A stretch of DNA of 64,000 nucleotides from an uncultured Candidatus Saccharibacteria bacterium (GCA_964577595.1 CAZNZK010000002.1:86163-150162); one strand, 5' to 3'; positions 39,631 through 50,638 are shown, numbered from the stretch's first letter. Numbers and translations: made by a program. Notes: a model not told the origin generated them from the sequence alone.

Positions 39631-40461
39631 GTGCATAAGGGAATTTTTTTGGCGGCGGCGGTTTTAGCAAGTTCTTTCTGGGGCCAGTTTTGGCCCTGGG
39701 CGAGCGCGCCAGTTGTTGTTTCTGTTGACCCTCTGGCGGCATATAGGGTGGCCACAGGTAGTGTGGATGTATATTCAACCGATAGAAAAATCGTGGGAAT
39801 TCAAAATTCTATCTACACTTCGATCAATACTGCGTTGGTTTATAGGCAGGCACCTCAAATTCATCCCCCAGCATATGCCCAAACGCTAGGAAATGGCGTT
39901 CTTGTTAAGAGTTTGAGCGTTCAAAGCGGTTTGCCGGGGGTAAATGTAAATGTCGTTGCTCTTAATTTGCAGACATCTTCCGCGAACAGCGTTTATTTTG
40001 AAGCTTCGTCTACTGGTCAAGTTTTTGTAGTCAAAAACTTAAAGCCTTCAGCCGGTGGTATTCTTTCTTTTACTCTTCCCTCTTTTCCCGTTGGTCGCTA
40101 CGATGTTGCTATTAGTAACAGCTCTGGTATGAGTAATACGGCTTTTTTTGTCGTACGAGCGCCAACCAGTCCAAAAGTCACGGTTATTTCAGTTTTGCCG
40201 GCAAAAGTTCGTTGGGGTGGCACGCTCGTGATTTCCGGCAGCGGCTTCACCGCTACTGGTAACGAGGTTATTACCGCATTTGATACAATCTTCAATGTGC
40301 CGTCGCCAGATGGCCGAACGCTCGTTGTGCATATTACGCCGGAGCAAATGCGGGTTGCGGCAAGTATGGGTTCCGGAGCTATCTCTATTCCTGATACTAT
40401 AGAAGTGGTGAACAATAATGGCTATACGCCAGCGGCTAAAAACTTTTCAGTGAGTATATGA
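39631..40461 (+). CDS. Secreted IPT/TIG domain protein
   Basis: Signal peptide; SVLPAKVRWGGTLVISGSGF is an IPT/TIG pattern. Confidence 0.65.
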   Translation: MHKGIFLAAAVLASSFWGQFWPWASAPVVVSVDPLAAYRVATGSVDVYSTDRKIVGIQNSIYTSINTALVYRQAPQIHPPAYAQTLGNGVLVKSLSVQSGLPGVNVNVVALNLQTSSANSVYFEASSTGQVFVVKNLKPSAGGILSFTLPSFPVGRYDVAISNSSGMSNTAFFVVRAPTSPKVTVISVLPAKVRWGGTLVISGSGFTATGNEVITAFDTIFNVPSPDGRTLVVHITPEQMRVAASMGSGAISIPDTIEVVNNNGYTPAAKNFSVSI

Positions 40462-40865
40462 AAAAAAGTCTACTATTTTTTGTCAGTCTCTTGGTTGGTG
40501 GTATTGGGCTTCTGACCCCCCTTTCGCTTCTCGCTTCGGCGTTGCCTTTTTTTGGTGGCTTTGACGTTGTTAATATACCGTGCACCTGCGCCCCCGCTCT
40601 CAGTTGGGATTTTTTTATAGCACTTCATTATAGTGTATCCTCTGCCGGTCCTATCATTCCCACAACAGGCTATACTGCAGGGGCTTTCGCCGCTCCTGTA
40701 ACTCCCGTACTATTTTCTAATTACTACATTCGGCCAGAAACGTGGGTGCTGGGAACATATACTCAAGGAGCGGGAGTTTGTCTTATTGGTGTTGAACCCT
40801 ATTGTGTTTATATGCCCAATTATGGGCTCATAACTCCGGAGACAGGCGTGTCGCCGACGATATAG
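40458..40865 (+). CDS. Small secreted Cys-containing hypothetical protein
   Basis: Signal peptide, PFFGG...CTC, WVLGTY...C...C; start overlaps the previous stop. Confidence 0.6.
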   Translation: MKKSLLFFVSLLVGGIGLLTPLSLLASALPFFGGFDVVNIPCTCAPALSWDFFIALHYSVSSAGPIIPTTGYTAGAFAAPVTPVLFSNYYIRPETWVLGTYTQGAGVCLIGVEPYCVYMPNYGLITPETGVSPTI

Positions 40866-41634
40866 TGAGCCATTCCTGCACGGGAAGTTCTTCCGCGCGG
40901 GCGTTTGTTTCGTAGATAATGCCAATATCGGCGAGATTGTTTTTAAGCATTTTTCTTTTGTGGGCGAAGCCGGCTTTTACGATTTTGAAAAACGAGTTCT
41001 CCTCCTCGGCGTTCTTAAAATTTTTTTTAGAAATATTTGAAATAGCAAGAATTGCCGAATCCACTTTTGGTGGCGGAGAAAAAAGACCACGCGAAACTTT
41101 TTGCACGTTCTTCGGCTGGCCATATGCTTTGACACTTATTGAAAGAATACTTTCTTTGCCATCGCGAGCCACAATTCTTTCGGCAATTTCTTTTTGAACT
41201 AGCAGAACCATGCATGAGGGTTGGCGGACGGCACTTAAAAACTTTTCCAGAATGGCGCCAGTAATATAATAAGGGATGTTGGCGACTATTTTATAGATAG
41301 GTGCGGCAATTTCCGCTGGGTCAAATTCAAGGACATCGGCTTCTTTAAGGATGAGTTTTTTCTCAGTGATTTCTGTGGCGAATTTTTCCTGGAGAATAGG
41401 AATGAGGCGATGGTCTTTCTCCAGGGCGATAACCGTCGCACCTTTTGCGAGGAGTGTGGTGGTTAGCGTTCCCTCCCCCGGGCCTATTTCCAGCACCACA
41501 TCGCCCGTGTTTACTTCGGCCTCGGCGCACATTTCCTCAAGTACTTTTTCTGAACGCAAAAAATGTTGGCCCAATGATTTCTTTTGAAAAAGTTTTTTTG
41601 GGTCGGATTTGTTTGGTGAAAGGTGGTGCTTCAT
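40828..41634 (-). CDS. rsmA: 16S rRNA dimethyladenosine transferase
   Basis: KKSLGQHFL, LEIGPGEG, VANIPYYIT, FSPPPKVDSA. Confidence 0.96.
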   Translation of the reverse strand: MKHHLSPNKSDPKKLFQKKSLGQHFLRSEKVLEEMCAEAEVNTGDVVLEIGPGEGTLTTTLLAKGATVIALEKDHRLIPILQEKFATEITEKKLILKEADVLEFDPAEIAAPIYKIVANIPYYITGAILEKFLSAVRQPSCMVLLVQKEIAERIVARDGKESILSISVKAYGQPKNVQKVSRGLFSPPPKVDSAILAISNISKKNFKNAEEENSFFKIVKAGFAHKRKMLKNNLADIGIIYETNARAEELPVQEWLTISSATRLSPEL

Positions 41635-41655
41635 AAGTGTTCCCTTAGTGTTCCC

Positions 41656-43626
41656 TTAAATATCAAAGTAAATTGTTTTGAGAGGACGTTTTTTGACGCT
41701 CGGATGTTCCTCGGGAACAGCAAGGTCGTCGTTTATGTCCATGATAAATTGCGATGGCACGTTAACTTGCTTGGAGCCGAAAACTGTACGGATGCCGGCA
41801 TAGGTAAGATAGACCTTCTTGCGGGCACGGGTCAAGGCGACATAAAAAAGGCGCCGCTCCTCTTCGTCGTCGTAGCCACCAGCTTTCCCTGTTTCGTTCT
41901 GGTCGCCACCGAGACGCTCATGCGGGAAAAGCCCTTCCTCCAGGCCGCTAATGAAAACATAATCAAACTCCAGGCCTTTTGAGGCGTGGACGGTCATGAG
42001 CTTTACGGCGTCTTGGTTTTTAACTAGTGAATCCTGGTCGGAAGCAAGGGCGGCATCGGTTAGTAGTTGTTCTATGCCTTCTCCTGGCGGCAGACCATCG
42101 TAGCGGATTGCCAAACTGGCCAGTTCCTTTATGTTTTCCAGGCGCTCCACATCCTCTTCGGTTATGGTTTTTTTTAGGGCCGCTTCTATGCCGGATTGCT
42201 TAACAACAAACTTTATTGTTTCACTCGGCAGGTGCGAATCAACGTAGGTGCGTATATCCTCAAGAATTTTATAGAATTCATCTACTTTTGCGGCGGTTGC
42301 TCCTGGTAGGCCCTGTCGCTGGCCAGAAAGGATTTTTGCCATAGTTACTTTGCCGATGCCGCGGGCGGGAATATTAATAATACGATTAATGTCGGCGGTG
42401 CTTTCCGGCGTCATGGCTGCCCGCAGATAACTCAATACATCCTTCACTTCTTTGCGTTCAAAAAAGCGGGTGCCTAACACCTGGTAGTTCACTTGGTGAT
42501 CAAGAAAAGCTTCCTCAAGGGCACGGGATTGAAAATTGGCGCGATAGAGCACGGCAATGTCGCGGGCGGAAACGCCGCCTCGCACTAGGTCGGCAGCTTT
42601 TTGAGCGATGAAGTCGGCCTCATCGGCTTCATCATAGCCGCTGTAGACGCCGATCATTTCCCCGTCGGCATTTTGGGTAAAGAGTTTTTTGGGACGGCGA
42701 CGCAGATTTTTCTCAATGATACGATTGGCCGCTTCCAGGATTATTTTGGTGGAACGATAATTTTGTTCCAGCAAAACGACGGTGGCATCAGGATAATCCT
42801 TCTCAAAATCCATAATATTTTCTAAGGTTGCTCCGCGCCAGGAGTAGATCATTTGGTCAATGTCACCAACGACGCAGATATTTTGGTGTTTGGCGGCTAA
42901 AAGCTTGGTTATTTGGTATTGCACCGGGTTAGTGTCCTGGTATTCATCAATATGGATGTATTGCCAGGTGTTTTGGTAGTGAGCCAGAATGTCGGGGTTG
43001 TTTTTAAGGAGCCAGACGGTTTTAAGAAGGAGGTCGTCAAAATCCAGCGATTTTTCCTTGGCCAAGATTTGTTCGTAGTGTTCCCACACTCGGCCAACGA
43101 GGTTGGGGTAGAAATCGCTACTACTGTGCTCCTTATAGGCGGCAAGGGTTTGGGCATTACCCTTGGCCCGGGAAATTGCGCTAAGGATTTTTGCCGGGTC
43201 AAACTGCTTTGGATCAACGCCGACTGCTTCCTCGGCCTGCTTTACTGCGCGTTTGGAATCGCTTCGGTCAAAAATGGCGAAACGTCGTGGTAAGCCGAGA
43301 AGCGTGGCATTTTCCTTGATGATGTGCACGCCGAGCGAGTGAAAGGTACTAACAAATGGCTTTTCAGTGAGGGAAACAGGGCGGTTGAGGGCCGGCTCAT
43401 TGGCCAAACGGTGGTTAACGCGGTCATTCATCTCGTGAGCGGCCTTGTTGGTGAAGGTTACTGCTAGGATTTTGGAGGGTGCTACCCCGGTTTTGATGAG
43501 TTCAACGATGCGCTCAGTGACAGTCTTCGTCTTACCGGCACCAGCGCCGGCAATTATCAAAAGCGGGCCGTTTTTATGCAAAACCGCTTGTTTTTGGGCC
43601 TCGTTTAGTAAAATTTCTTGACTCAT
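41656..43626 (-). CDS. pcrA: UvrD/PcrA superfamily I DNA helicase
   Basis: AGAGAGKT, IDEYQDTN, QNYRST, MTVHASKGLEF, EERRLFYVALTRA. Confidence 0.95.
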   Translation of the reverse strand: MSQEILLNEAQKQAVLHKNGPLLIIAGAGAGKTKTVTERIVELIKTGVAPSKILAVTFTNKAAHEMNDRVNHRLANEPALNRPVSLTEKPFVSTFHSLGVHIIKENATLLGLPRRFAIFDRSDSKRAVKQAEEAVGVDPKQFDPAKILSAISRAKGNAQTLAAYKEHSSSDFYPNLVGRVWEHYEQILAKEKSLDFDDLLLKTVWLLKNNPDILAHYQNTWQYIHIDEYQDTNPVQYQITKLLAAKHQNICVVGDIDQMIYSWRGATLENIMDFEKDYPDATVVLLEQNYRSTKIILEAANRIIEKNLRRRPKKLFTQNADGEMIGVYSGYDEADEADFIAQKAADLVRGGVSARDIAVLYRANFQSRALEEAFLDHQVNYQVLGTRFFERKEVKDVLSYLRAAMTPESTADINRIINIPARGIGKVTMAKILSGQRQGLPGATAAKVDEFYKILEDIRTYVDSHLPSETIKFVVKQSGIEAALKKTITEEDVERLENIKELASLAIRYDGLPPGEGIEQLLTDAALASDQDSLVKNQDAVKLMTVHASKGLEFDYVFISGLEEGLFPHERLGGDQNETGKAGGYDDEEERRLFYVALTRARKKVYLTYAGIRTVFGSKQVNVPSQFIMDINDDLAVPEEHPSVKKRPLKTIYFDI

Positions 43627-43824
43627 TTGTTTTTTTGTTGGTAATTAAAAACGAGGTTGACCGGCTTACCCCTCTTGGTATACTTATATGCAAGCGTCAC
43701 TATCTTTCGGGCGCCATTATTCTGAAACGGCTGTTTGGGTTTCTGAACTACCGTATATAAACAAGGGCTTATTATATCCTCTCCACAAGACCCTCGTCGA
43801 CTCCGTACTCGTTTTGTCGGCCTG

Positions 43825-44790
43825 GTGACATATAGAACGGCACTTTTTTTTGCCCTTGCTTTTATTGCTATTGCCGCTAGCTCTAAGCCTTCGCCTGCCC
43901 AAGCGAGCTTCTTTTCCGATATTGGCCTCTTTTTTACTAAGCCAGTTACGTCGCCATCGGTGGCAAGTGTGGCGTCGCAACAAGTGCCCATTTTACAGGC
44001 GCCGCAAAATAGTGGCAGTAAAGTGCTCGGTACAACCACTCGTTCTGTTGATGTTCCCGCCGAGTCGAGTGTTCAAGTAGTTCTGCCTGCCGCCTTCTCC
44101 CCTGTTTCCACCACTACCACCTCGGTGTATGTCGTTGTTTCCGGGGACAATCTTCTCAGTATCGCTAAACATTTTGGTTTAAGTGTTTCTGCGGTGAAGG
44201 GAGCTAACAATCTTACCACGAATAGCATAAAAATCGGTCAAAAACTTTTTATTCCGGTCGTCGGGTCGGTCGCGCCGAAAGCTACGGGCTCTTCGCAGGT
44301 CAAAGACGCGGTTTCCTACTCCGCGCAGGCGGCCACAATTTCCGATACTGCTCCGGCATCCGCTGTTAAAATTCCAACCGAACCCATCATAATAGCGCCG
44401 GCCGTCACAAAGATTTTTTCTCCCGACGGCTATTATTTGCGACCTATTATCGGTGGCCTCAAAACCCAAGGCATTCATGGCCATAATGCGGTTGACTTAG
44501 CTGAAGACTGCGGCACGCCGATATATGCTTCAGCTACTGGCACGGTTGCCACAGCCGATGCTACGGGGTGGAACGGCGGTTATGGCGGCTATGTGAAAAT
44601 AAATCACTCCAACGGCTCAGAGACGCTCTATGCACACATGGAAACACTTATGGTTGCGGCTGGCCAAAGCGTGGCTCAGGGTCAGCAGATAGGGGCTATT
44701 GGTCACACTGGTGAAGTTGATAAGGAGGGCGGCACGGGGTGTCATGTGCATTTTGAGATTCGTAATAACGGCTACGCTAATCCGTTTTAA
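43825..44790 (+). CDS. LysM + M23 family peptidase
   Basis: LysM (YVVVSGDNLLSIA...N.L), HNAVD, YAHM and HVHFE zinc ligands. Confidence 0.92.
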   Translation: MTYRTALFFALAFIAIAASSKPSPAQASFFSDIGLFFTKPVTSPSVASVASQQVPILQAPQNSGSKVLGTTTRSVDVPAESSVQVVLPAAFSPVSTTTTSVYVVVSGDNLLSIAKHFGLSVSAVKGANNLTTNSIKIGQKLFIPVVGSVAPKATGSSQVKDAVSYSAQAATISDTAPASAVKIPTEPIIIAPAVTKIFSPDGYYLRPIIGGLKTQGIHGHNAVDLAEDCGTPIYASATGTVATADATGWNGGYGGYVKINHSNGSETLYAHMETLMVAAGQSVAQGQQIGAIGHTGEVDKEGGTGCHVHFEIRNNGYANPF

Positions 44791-44797
44791 GTTGCTT

Positions 44798-46345
44798 TTA
44801 GTGGCGCTCGTCTCCCAGGGCCGTCGGCCTATATTGAAAGGCTTCTAGAATTTCTGCCGTGCCAATGCACGCTATCTCGCTCAAATCAGCAATGGTTTGG
44901 GCTATTTTAATAATGTGATGATGGGCGCGCCCCGAGAGCGAGTGTTTGCGGGAGAGGGCGACAAGCAGGCGTTCGGCTTCGGGGCCTATGGCGAGCGTGG
45001 CGACGTCGCGACCGCAGAGGTCGGCATTGCGAGTGCCTACGCTACCGAGTTGTTGCAGACGTTCTTTTTGAATAGCTCGGGCGTTGGTAATACGCTTTTG
45101 GAGTGATAGTGCTCCAGTTTCCACTCCTAAAGTGTTGCCCCGCTCAATAAGCGCCTCGTATTCCACCTCTTGAACTTCGGTCCATAGATCAATGCGATCA
45201 ATGATCGGTCCGGAAAGACGGCGGGCATAGCGCAGGCGGTCGTGGGCGGCACACACACATTCTTTTTTACTGGAGCCGAAATAGCCGCACGGGCACGGGT
45301 TAAGGGCGACGATAAGAATTATTTTGGCCGGCAGGGCGACGGTGCCACCGATGCGCGAAACGCGAGCAACGCCTTCTTCAAGAGGTTCTCGCAGGCTTTC
45401 TATGACTTGGCGATTGAATTCTGGGAATTCATCCAGAAAGAGCACTCCGTGGTGGGCCAGAGTGAGTTCACCTGCTTTAGGCGGTGAGCCGCCCCCAAGA
45501 ACAGCCCCATACGAGGCGGTGTGGTGTGGGGCTCTAAATGGTGGCCGGCCTGGCGGTGGTGGCGTGGCGCCGGCCACGGAATATATAGCCATAACCTCCA
45601 AAGTTTCTTTTTCGGATAATTCTGGTAAGAGCTGACAAAAAGCTTTTGCCAGCATGGTTTTGCCAGTGCCTGGCGGGCCCCAGAGGGCTGAGTGATGGCC
45701 GCCGGCCGCGGCTATTTCCAACATCCGTTTTGCCTGAGCGTTACCTTTAATGTCGGTCATATCTATTTCGTTTTTAGGTGCTGGTGCGGGAGGACTTTCT
45801 TGGGCGGTATACTTTTTTATTTTTTCCTGACCCGTGAGGTGGAATAGTAATTCGGTGAGGGAAGAAAAAGGATACACGGCGACATCGTGTACGAGTGCCG
45901 CTTCGGCTGCGTTTTCTTTGGGCACATATAGCTCAGTGAAGCCGTGTTTGGTCATTTCTCGTGCTAAAGCGACAATGCCGGGAATTGCTCGAACGCGCCC
46001 ATTCAGGGCTAGTTCACCCAGAAAAATTTTGCCAGCTGAGTTGAAACAGATTTCTTCCGCCGCCAAAAGGTAGGCCAAGGCCATAGGAACGTCAAAAGCC
46101 GGCCCGCTTTTTTTCAGGTCGGCGGGCGCTAATGAAAGCACCACTTTATGGTTCTTGCTTTTGGGCGACGCGAAGCCGGAATTTTTTATGGCCGCCGATA
46201 TGCGGTCCCACGATTCCTCAACGGCTTTGTCGGGTAGGCCGACAATAGAAAGGGCATGCAAGCCGCGCGTTACATCGGCTTCCACGGAGATAACGGTCAC
46301 TTTGGCAAGTGTGGCTTGGGCGGCAAAAACAGTGGCAAAAGGCAT
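44798..46345 (-). CDS. comM: YifB/ComM Mg-chelatase-like AAA+ ATPase
   Basis: IVGLPD, LAPADLKK, GPPGTGKTM, FRAPHHTAS, GVLFLDEFPEF, NPCPCG. Confidence 0.92.
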   Translation of the reverse strand: MPFATVFAAQATLAKVTVISVEADVTRGLHALSIVGLPDKAVEESWDRISAAIKNSGFASPKSKNHKVVLSLAPADLKKSGPAFDVPMALAYLLAAEEICFNSAGKIFLGELALNGRVRAIPGIVALAREMTKHGFTELYVPKENAAEAALVHDVAVYPFSSLTELLFHLTGQEKIKKYTAQESPPAPAPKNEIDMTDIKGNAQAKRMLEIAAAGGHHSALWGPPGTGKTMLAKAFCQLLPELSEKETLEVMAIYSVAGATPPPPGRPPFRAPHHTASYGAVLGGGSPPKAGELTLAHHGVLFLDEFPEFNRQVIESLREPLEEGVARVSRIGGTVALPAKIILIVALNPCPCGYFGSSKKECVCAAHDRLRYARRLSGPIIDRIDLWTEVQEVEYEALIERGNTLGVETGALSLQKRITNARAIQKERLQQLGSVGTRNADLCGRDVATLAIGPEAERLLVALSRKHSLSGRAHHHIIKIAQTIADLSEIACIGTAEILEAFQYRPTALGDERH

Positions 46346-46409
46346 GCTCTAATGCTAAAGCATGTTGTTAAAATAGTCCTGAAGAAAAGATAAAACTTTC
46401 TTAAATCTC

Positions 46410-46781
46410 TTAACTCCTCATGTGTTGTTTGCAGGTTGTGGCCGCGGGATTGGCTGCTAAGCGGTCATTTTCAATCTCTTTGTCGCAAACACGACACAGT
46501 CCAAATGAACCGTTGTTTAATTTTATTTTTGTCAAAGCGGCATTTACTTCCGAAAAGCGGAGGCTGAGTCGGCGAATAAGCGCAGCATTTTCCCCATAGG
46601 TTTCTAGGCGTTCAGCGACATCGCTTGTGTCGGAGCGTAACGTATCTACGTCGGACGTTTTTGCTTCCCAGTGCTGGCGGCCTTCTTCATCAACGTTTGC
46701 GCCGGCCTCGTGCAGCTCGCTCAAAACCGCTACCCTTTCCTTAGAGAGTAGTTGTTCGTATAAAGCGATGTCTCTTTTCAT
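46410..46781 (-). CDS. DksA/TraR family zinc-finger protein
   Basis: DTSDVA coiled-coil tip; GLCRVC...RLAANPAATTCKQH. Confidence 0.85.
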   Translation of the reverse strand: MKRDIALYEQLLSKERVAVLSELHEAGANVDEEGRQHWEAKTSDVDTLRSDTSDVAERLETYGENAALIRRLSLRFSEVNAALTKIKLNNGSFGLCRVCDKEIENDRLAANPAATTCKQHMRS

Positions 46782-46790
46782 ACTGGTAGT

Positions 46791-47885
46791 TTAGTGGACA
46801 AACTGGCGGGCCACAAGGCGATCAAAAATCTCAATGGCCGCCTCCTGACTCGTGGTAATCACTAGGACATTTTGTGTTGGAAATGCATACAACAGAAGTG
46901 GTTTTTGGCCAGGTATCCCCAAAGCACGAGTGTCTTTGTTGGCGATAAAAACATCGCTCCAGGCTGGTGGTAAAGAAAGAATGACAGGCGTGTTTTTAGG
47001 AGTAGAGGATGTCGCGGTTGTGGTGGAAGCTATTGTTGGCGCAGTGCTCGTGCTTGATTTCTGATAGAGGGGGGCTAGGTCACTGCCTAAATTTGCTTCC
47101 CATTGCAACATGGCGGCGAAAGCATTGTCATAAGAAGAAACACTAAAAAGCATAAAAGGATTCCAACTGGTGGCATTGTGATAGAAGCCGGCGACATAGC
47201 CCGGGCCAACTGCCCGCGGCAGCCAACTCGGCATATTATTCGCGTTAAGGTCGCTTAAGAATGTGCCCGCATCAAGTGACGTGCTGGTGCCGGCGGCGGT
47301 GATTGAAATTTGTACGATAGTTCCCTTTTCTGTCGCAAGTAGATTCGCCCCTTGCATAAAGGCATCCAGAGAATTTTGTTGCTGACCCATACTGACTGTT
47401 TTTACGTCGTCTACGCCGATTAATACATTGTTCGAAGGGTTGGATTGCAGTACTGAAGCCTGTTTTGGTTGGCTCACGACGAACGCATACCATACGGCTC
47501 CGCAGCTTCCTCCTATGAGGATTAGGGCTCCCAAAATCATGGCCACATTTTTTATGGCATTACTAACTATCTCGGTACGCCCGATTTCAGGCTCCACGCT
47601 TTTCTCTTGAATTTTTTGAGCGGCAATGGAGACGCTTGAAACGCTATGTTTTTGCACAGCTTCGGCGGCATCGCTTTCAAACGTGCGTAATTTGGGAATG
47701 CCGTGTTCTTCGTTGTGCAGGTCGGCGACGAGTGTTTCTTTTGCTGGGCCGTGTGGCGCTTGCTCGGCGGCTATGGCCGCTTGCAATCCCTCTAGAACGT
47801 TACCTCCGGCATGTAGAGTGGGTTCTGGAATGCCGCCAATAGTGGCGGGCTGGCCATTGGGTTTTTGAGGAACGATTGGATCCAT
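46791..47885 (-). CDS. Hypothetical single-pass membrane protein
   Basis: LRTFESD, one TM, AFAAMLQWE, DVFIANKDTR...LLYAF. Confidence 0.65.
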   Translation of the reverse strand: MDPIVPQKPNGQPATIGGIPEPTLHAGGNVLEGLQAAIAAEQAPHGPAKETLVADLHNEEHGIPKLRTFESDAAEAVQKHSVSSVSIAAQKIQEKSVEPEIGRTEIVSNAIKNVAMILGALILIGGSCGAVWYAFVVSQPKQASVLQSNPSNNVLIGVDDVKTVSMGQQQNSLDAFMQGANLLATEKGTIVQISITAAGTSTSLDAGTFLSDLNANNMPSWLPRAVGPGYVAGFYHNATSWNPFMLFSVSSYDNAFAAMLQWEANLGSDLAPLYQKSSTSTAPTIASTTTATSSTPKNTPVILSLPPAWSDVFIANKDTRALGIPGQKPLLLYAFPTQNVLVITTSQEAAIEIFDRLVARQFVH

Positions 47886-47890
47886 AGGTA

Positions 47891-50053
47891 CTACAATGCT
47901 AAAGGTGCCGGTGGCGGAGTGGGTGGGGTGGTTGGCGGTTTTTTAATGAAATCAGGGTCGGCTTGTTTAATGGAAAGATTGATGCGTTTTTTCTCATCAA
48001 TCTCTTTAATTATAACAGGAACTTCTTGGCCTATCTGGAGGACTGTGGAAATTCTATCCACACGGAACGGGGCGATTTCGGAAACATGCACCATGCCCTC
48101 GGCGTTTGGGCCGATTTTTACGAAAGCGCCAAAATCCATGAGGCGGGTGACCGTGCCGGTGAAGCGCTCCCCTTTCTTATATTCCTTAGTGAGGCCGGCG
48201 ATAAAGTCGCGGGCCGCTTCGGCCCCGCCGGCTTTGCCGGTGATGAATACGGTGCCGTCGTCATCAATATCAATTTCTGCGCCAGTTTTTTCTTTGATGC
48301 TCTTAATCATTTTGCCGCTCGGACCAATAACCATGCCGATTTGGTCGGGAGAAATGGTGAGGGTAAGAATTTTCGGCGCTTTCGGGGAAATATCGGCGCG
48401 AGGGGTGGCAATAGCCTTGCCTAGTGTGTCTAAAATTTTCATGCGGGCGACCCCAGCCTTCTCAAGAGCCTCAGTCAAAATAGGAAGGGGTATGCCGCCA
48501 ACTTTCACATCCATTTGAATAGCAGTGATGCCAGTGCGAGTGCCAGCTACTTTAAAATCCATATCGCCGTGGTGGTCTTCGGGGCCTTGAATGTCGGTTA
48601 AAAGCGCATATTTCTTCGGCGACTCCATCATGAGGCCTGAGGCAATTCCAGCCACCGGCGCTGAGATAGGTACGCCACCGTCCATGAGAGCGAGTGTGCT
48701 TGCGCAAACGGAGGCCATAGAAGAAGAGCCATTAGAAGACATCGTCTCTGAAACAAGGCGGATTGTATAGGGGAATTTCTCTTTGGAAGGAATTATTGGT
48801 ACAAGGGCTTTTTCAGCCAGAGCGCCGTGGCCTATCATGCGGCGATTGGTGCCACCCAAGCGGCCAGTTTCGCCAGTAGAAAATGGTGGAAAGTTATAGT
48901 GGTGCATAAAGCGCTTTGGCTCATCGGCAGGTGAGCCGTCAACTATTTGCGCATCTTGCGGTCCGCCAAGGGTAAGCGCGGAAAACACATGTGTTTCGCC
49001 ACGGTAGAAAATACCGGTACCATGAAGCATTGGTGAAAATCCACCAGCCTGGGCAAAAAGCGGGCGCACATCATCAAGGCCGCGGCCATCGGCGCGCCGG
49101 CCATTTTCAATGGCTTCGCGATGAAGCAGAGCATTCACCGCTTCTTCAAACCACTCTTCGGCGAGGGCAACTTCATCGGCAAAATTTTCAGTACACATTT
49201 TTAACCACTCTTTTTTCATCATATCAACCGTTTCGTGGCCGGCTTTACCGGTGAAAACGGCTGCATCTAGCCGGGGTGCGTATTCTTTTTCAAAACGCTT
49301 CTGCGCGGCGGGAGAAAACTCTTTTTTCGGCACGCTCACTTTCTTTTTGCCGCGATCGGCAATAATTTTTTCCTGAAATTTCTGGAGTTTTTCAATTTCC
49401 ACGCTGGCCGCTTGCAAGGCGCTGGCCACTAATTCATTAGAAATTTCCTTGCTTCCCACTTCAATCATATTAATCATTCCATCTTTGCCGCAGGCCACCA
49501 TATCCATTTCAAAATCAATATGGTCGCGGTAGTTATAGCCAGGATTTATTTCAAATTTCGTTTCGCCATTGCCCGCGCCATTTTTTATTTTACCAATACG
49601 AATAGCGCTCACTGGGCCATTCCAGGGAATATCGGAAGTGCCCACGGCAAGCGAAGCGGCGATAACCGCCAAAACATCAGGATAATCCTCGTCTACGGAA
49701 AGCACGGTGACAATAACCTGCACTTCGCGGCGAATGTGTTGTTCAAAAAGCGGCCGAATCGTTCTATCGACAATTCGCCCGCTCAAAATAGACTCGTCCG
49801 ATGGCTTACCTTCACGGCGCACGAAGCGCGAGCCTAGGATTTTGCCCGAAGCATAAAACTTTTCCTCGTAATCAACGACGAGCGGGAAGAAATCAATCCC
49901 TTCCCTGTCCTTGTCGCTCATCACTGCAGTGGCGAGTACCACTGTGTTGCCATAGCGCACCATCACCGAACCGTTAGCTTGTAACGCCAAATCAGAGAAT
50001 TCGGCGGTCAAAGTTTTGCCGCCGATTTCAACAGAGTATTCTTTTTTATTCAT
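47891..50053 (-). CDS. pnp: Polyribonucleotide nucleotidyltransferase
   Basis: DFFPLVVDYEE, RIVDRTIRPLF, SNGSSSMASVC, GDMDFKVAG, KH and S1 domains. Confidence 0.97.
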   Translation of the reverse strand: MNKKEYSVEIGGKTLTAEFSDLALQANGSVMVRYGNTVVLATAVMSDKDREGIDFFPLVVDYEEKFYASGKILGSRFVRREGKPSDESILSGRIVDRTIRPLFEQHIRREVQVIVTVLSVDEDYPDVLAVIAASLAVGTSDIPWNGPVSAIRIGKIKNGAGNGETKFEINPGYNYRDHIDFEMDMVACGKDGMINMIEVGSKEISNELVASALQAASVEIEKLQKFQEKIIADRGKKKVSVPKKEFSPAAQKRFEKEYAPRLDAAVFTGKAGHETVDMMKKEWLKMCTENFADEVALAEEWFEEAVNALLHREAIENGRRADGRGLDDVRPLFAQAGGFSPMLHGTGIFYRGETHVFSALTLGGPQDAQIVDGSPADEPKRFMHHYNFPPFSTGETGRLGGTNRRMIGHGALAEKALVPIIPSKEKFPYTIRLVSETMSSNGSSSMASVCASTLALMDGGVPISAPVAGIASGLMMESPKKYALLTDIQGPEDHHGDMDFKVAGTRTGITAIQMDVKVGGIPLPILTEALEKAGVARMKILDTLGKAIATPRADISPKAPKILTLTISPDQIGMVIGPSGKMIKSIKEKTGAEIDIDDDGTVFITGKAGGAEAARDFIAGLTKEYKKGERFTGTVTRLMDFGAFVKIGPNAEGMVHVSEIAPFRVDRISTVLQIGQEVPVIIKEIDEKKRINLSIKQADPDFIKKPPTTPPTPPPAPLAL

Positions 50054-50065
50054 TCCCCTATCCTA

Positions 50066-50638
50066 TCAGACTTTCGGGGACTTTTCTTCTGCGGAGCGTG
50101 CAGGGCGGCGAGTGCGCGGTGCATAGGTTGCGTTTCCGAGCAGGTAGCGGCGGGGATTTTTAGAAAGGTCCAAGAACTCATCAACCGATTCTTTGAGGCG
50201 CTGTGAGGAAGATTGGCCGAAAGAGCAGGCCTCAACGCGGCAACCCTGATTCACTTTTAAATATTCAACAAGCGGCACAAAGTCGCCATCGCCGGAAACA
50301 ATCACCACAACGTCCAGTTTAGAAGAAAGCTTGATAGCATCAACGGCAAGGCCAACGTCCCAGTCGGCTTTTTTGGCGCCGCCGGCAAAAATCTGCAAAT
50401 CCTTAGTGCGAACCTCAATACCCATTTTCTCAAGGGCTTCAAAAAAGTTCTTTTCATCCCCTGCTTCCGTGGTAATAACGTAAGCCATGGCCCGCATAAG
50501 CTTGCGGCCAGCCAAAATATCCTTGACCACTTGGCCGAAGTTGACGCGCGCTCCATATAAATTACGGGCGCTATGATAGAGATTCTGCGTGTCTATGAAA
50601 ATTCCGACACGCTGTTCTTTGTGCTTCACAACGAGCAT
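50066..50638 (-). CDS. NYN domain (LabA/DUF88) protein
   Basis: IFIDTQN, KADWDVGLAVD, SGDGDFVPL. Confidence 0.9.
   Translation of the reverse strand: MLVVKHKEQRVGIFIDTQNLYHSARNLYGARVNFGQVVKDILAGRKLMRAMAYVITTEAGDEKNFFEALEKMGIEVRTKDLQIFAGGAKKADWDVGLAVDAIKLSSKLDVVVIVSGDGDFVPLVEYLKVNQGCRVEACSFGQSSSQRLKESVDEFLDLSKNPRRYLLGNATYAPRTRRPARSAEEKSPKV

Noticed and set aside
47865-48518. Long antisense ORFs over pnp, rny, virB4-like and other genes
   Set aside because: These are shadow ORFs on the opposite strand of well-supported genes, with no recognisable motifs.
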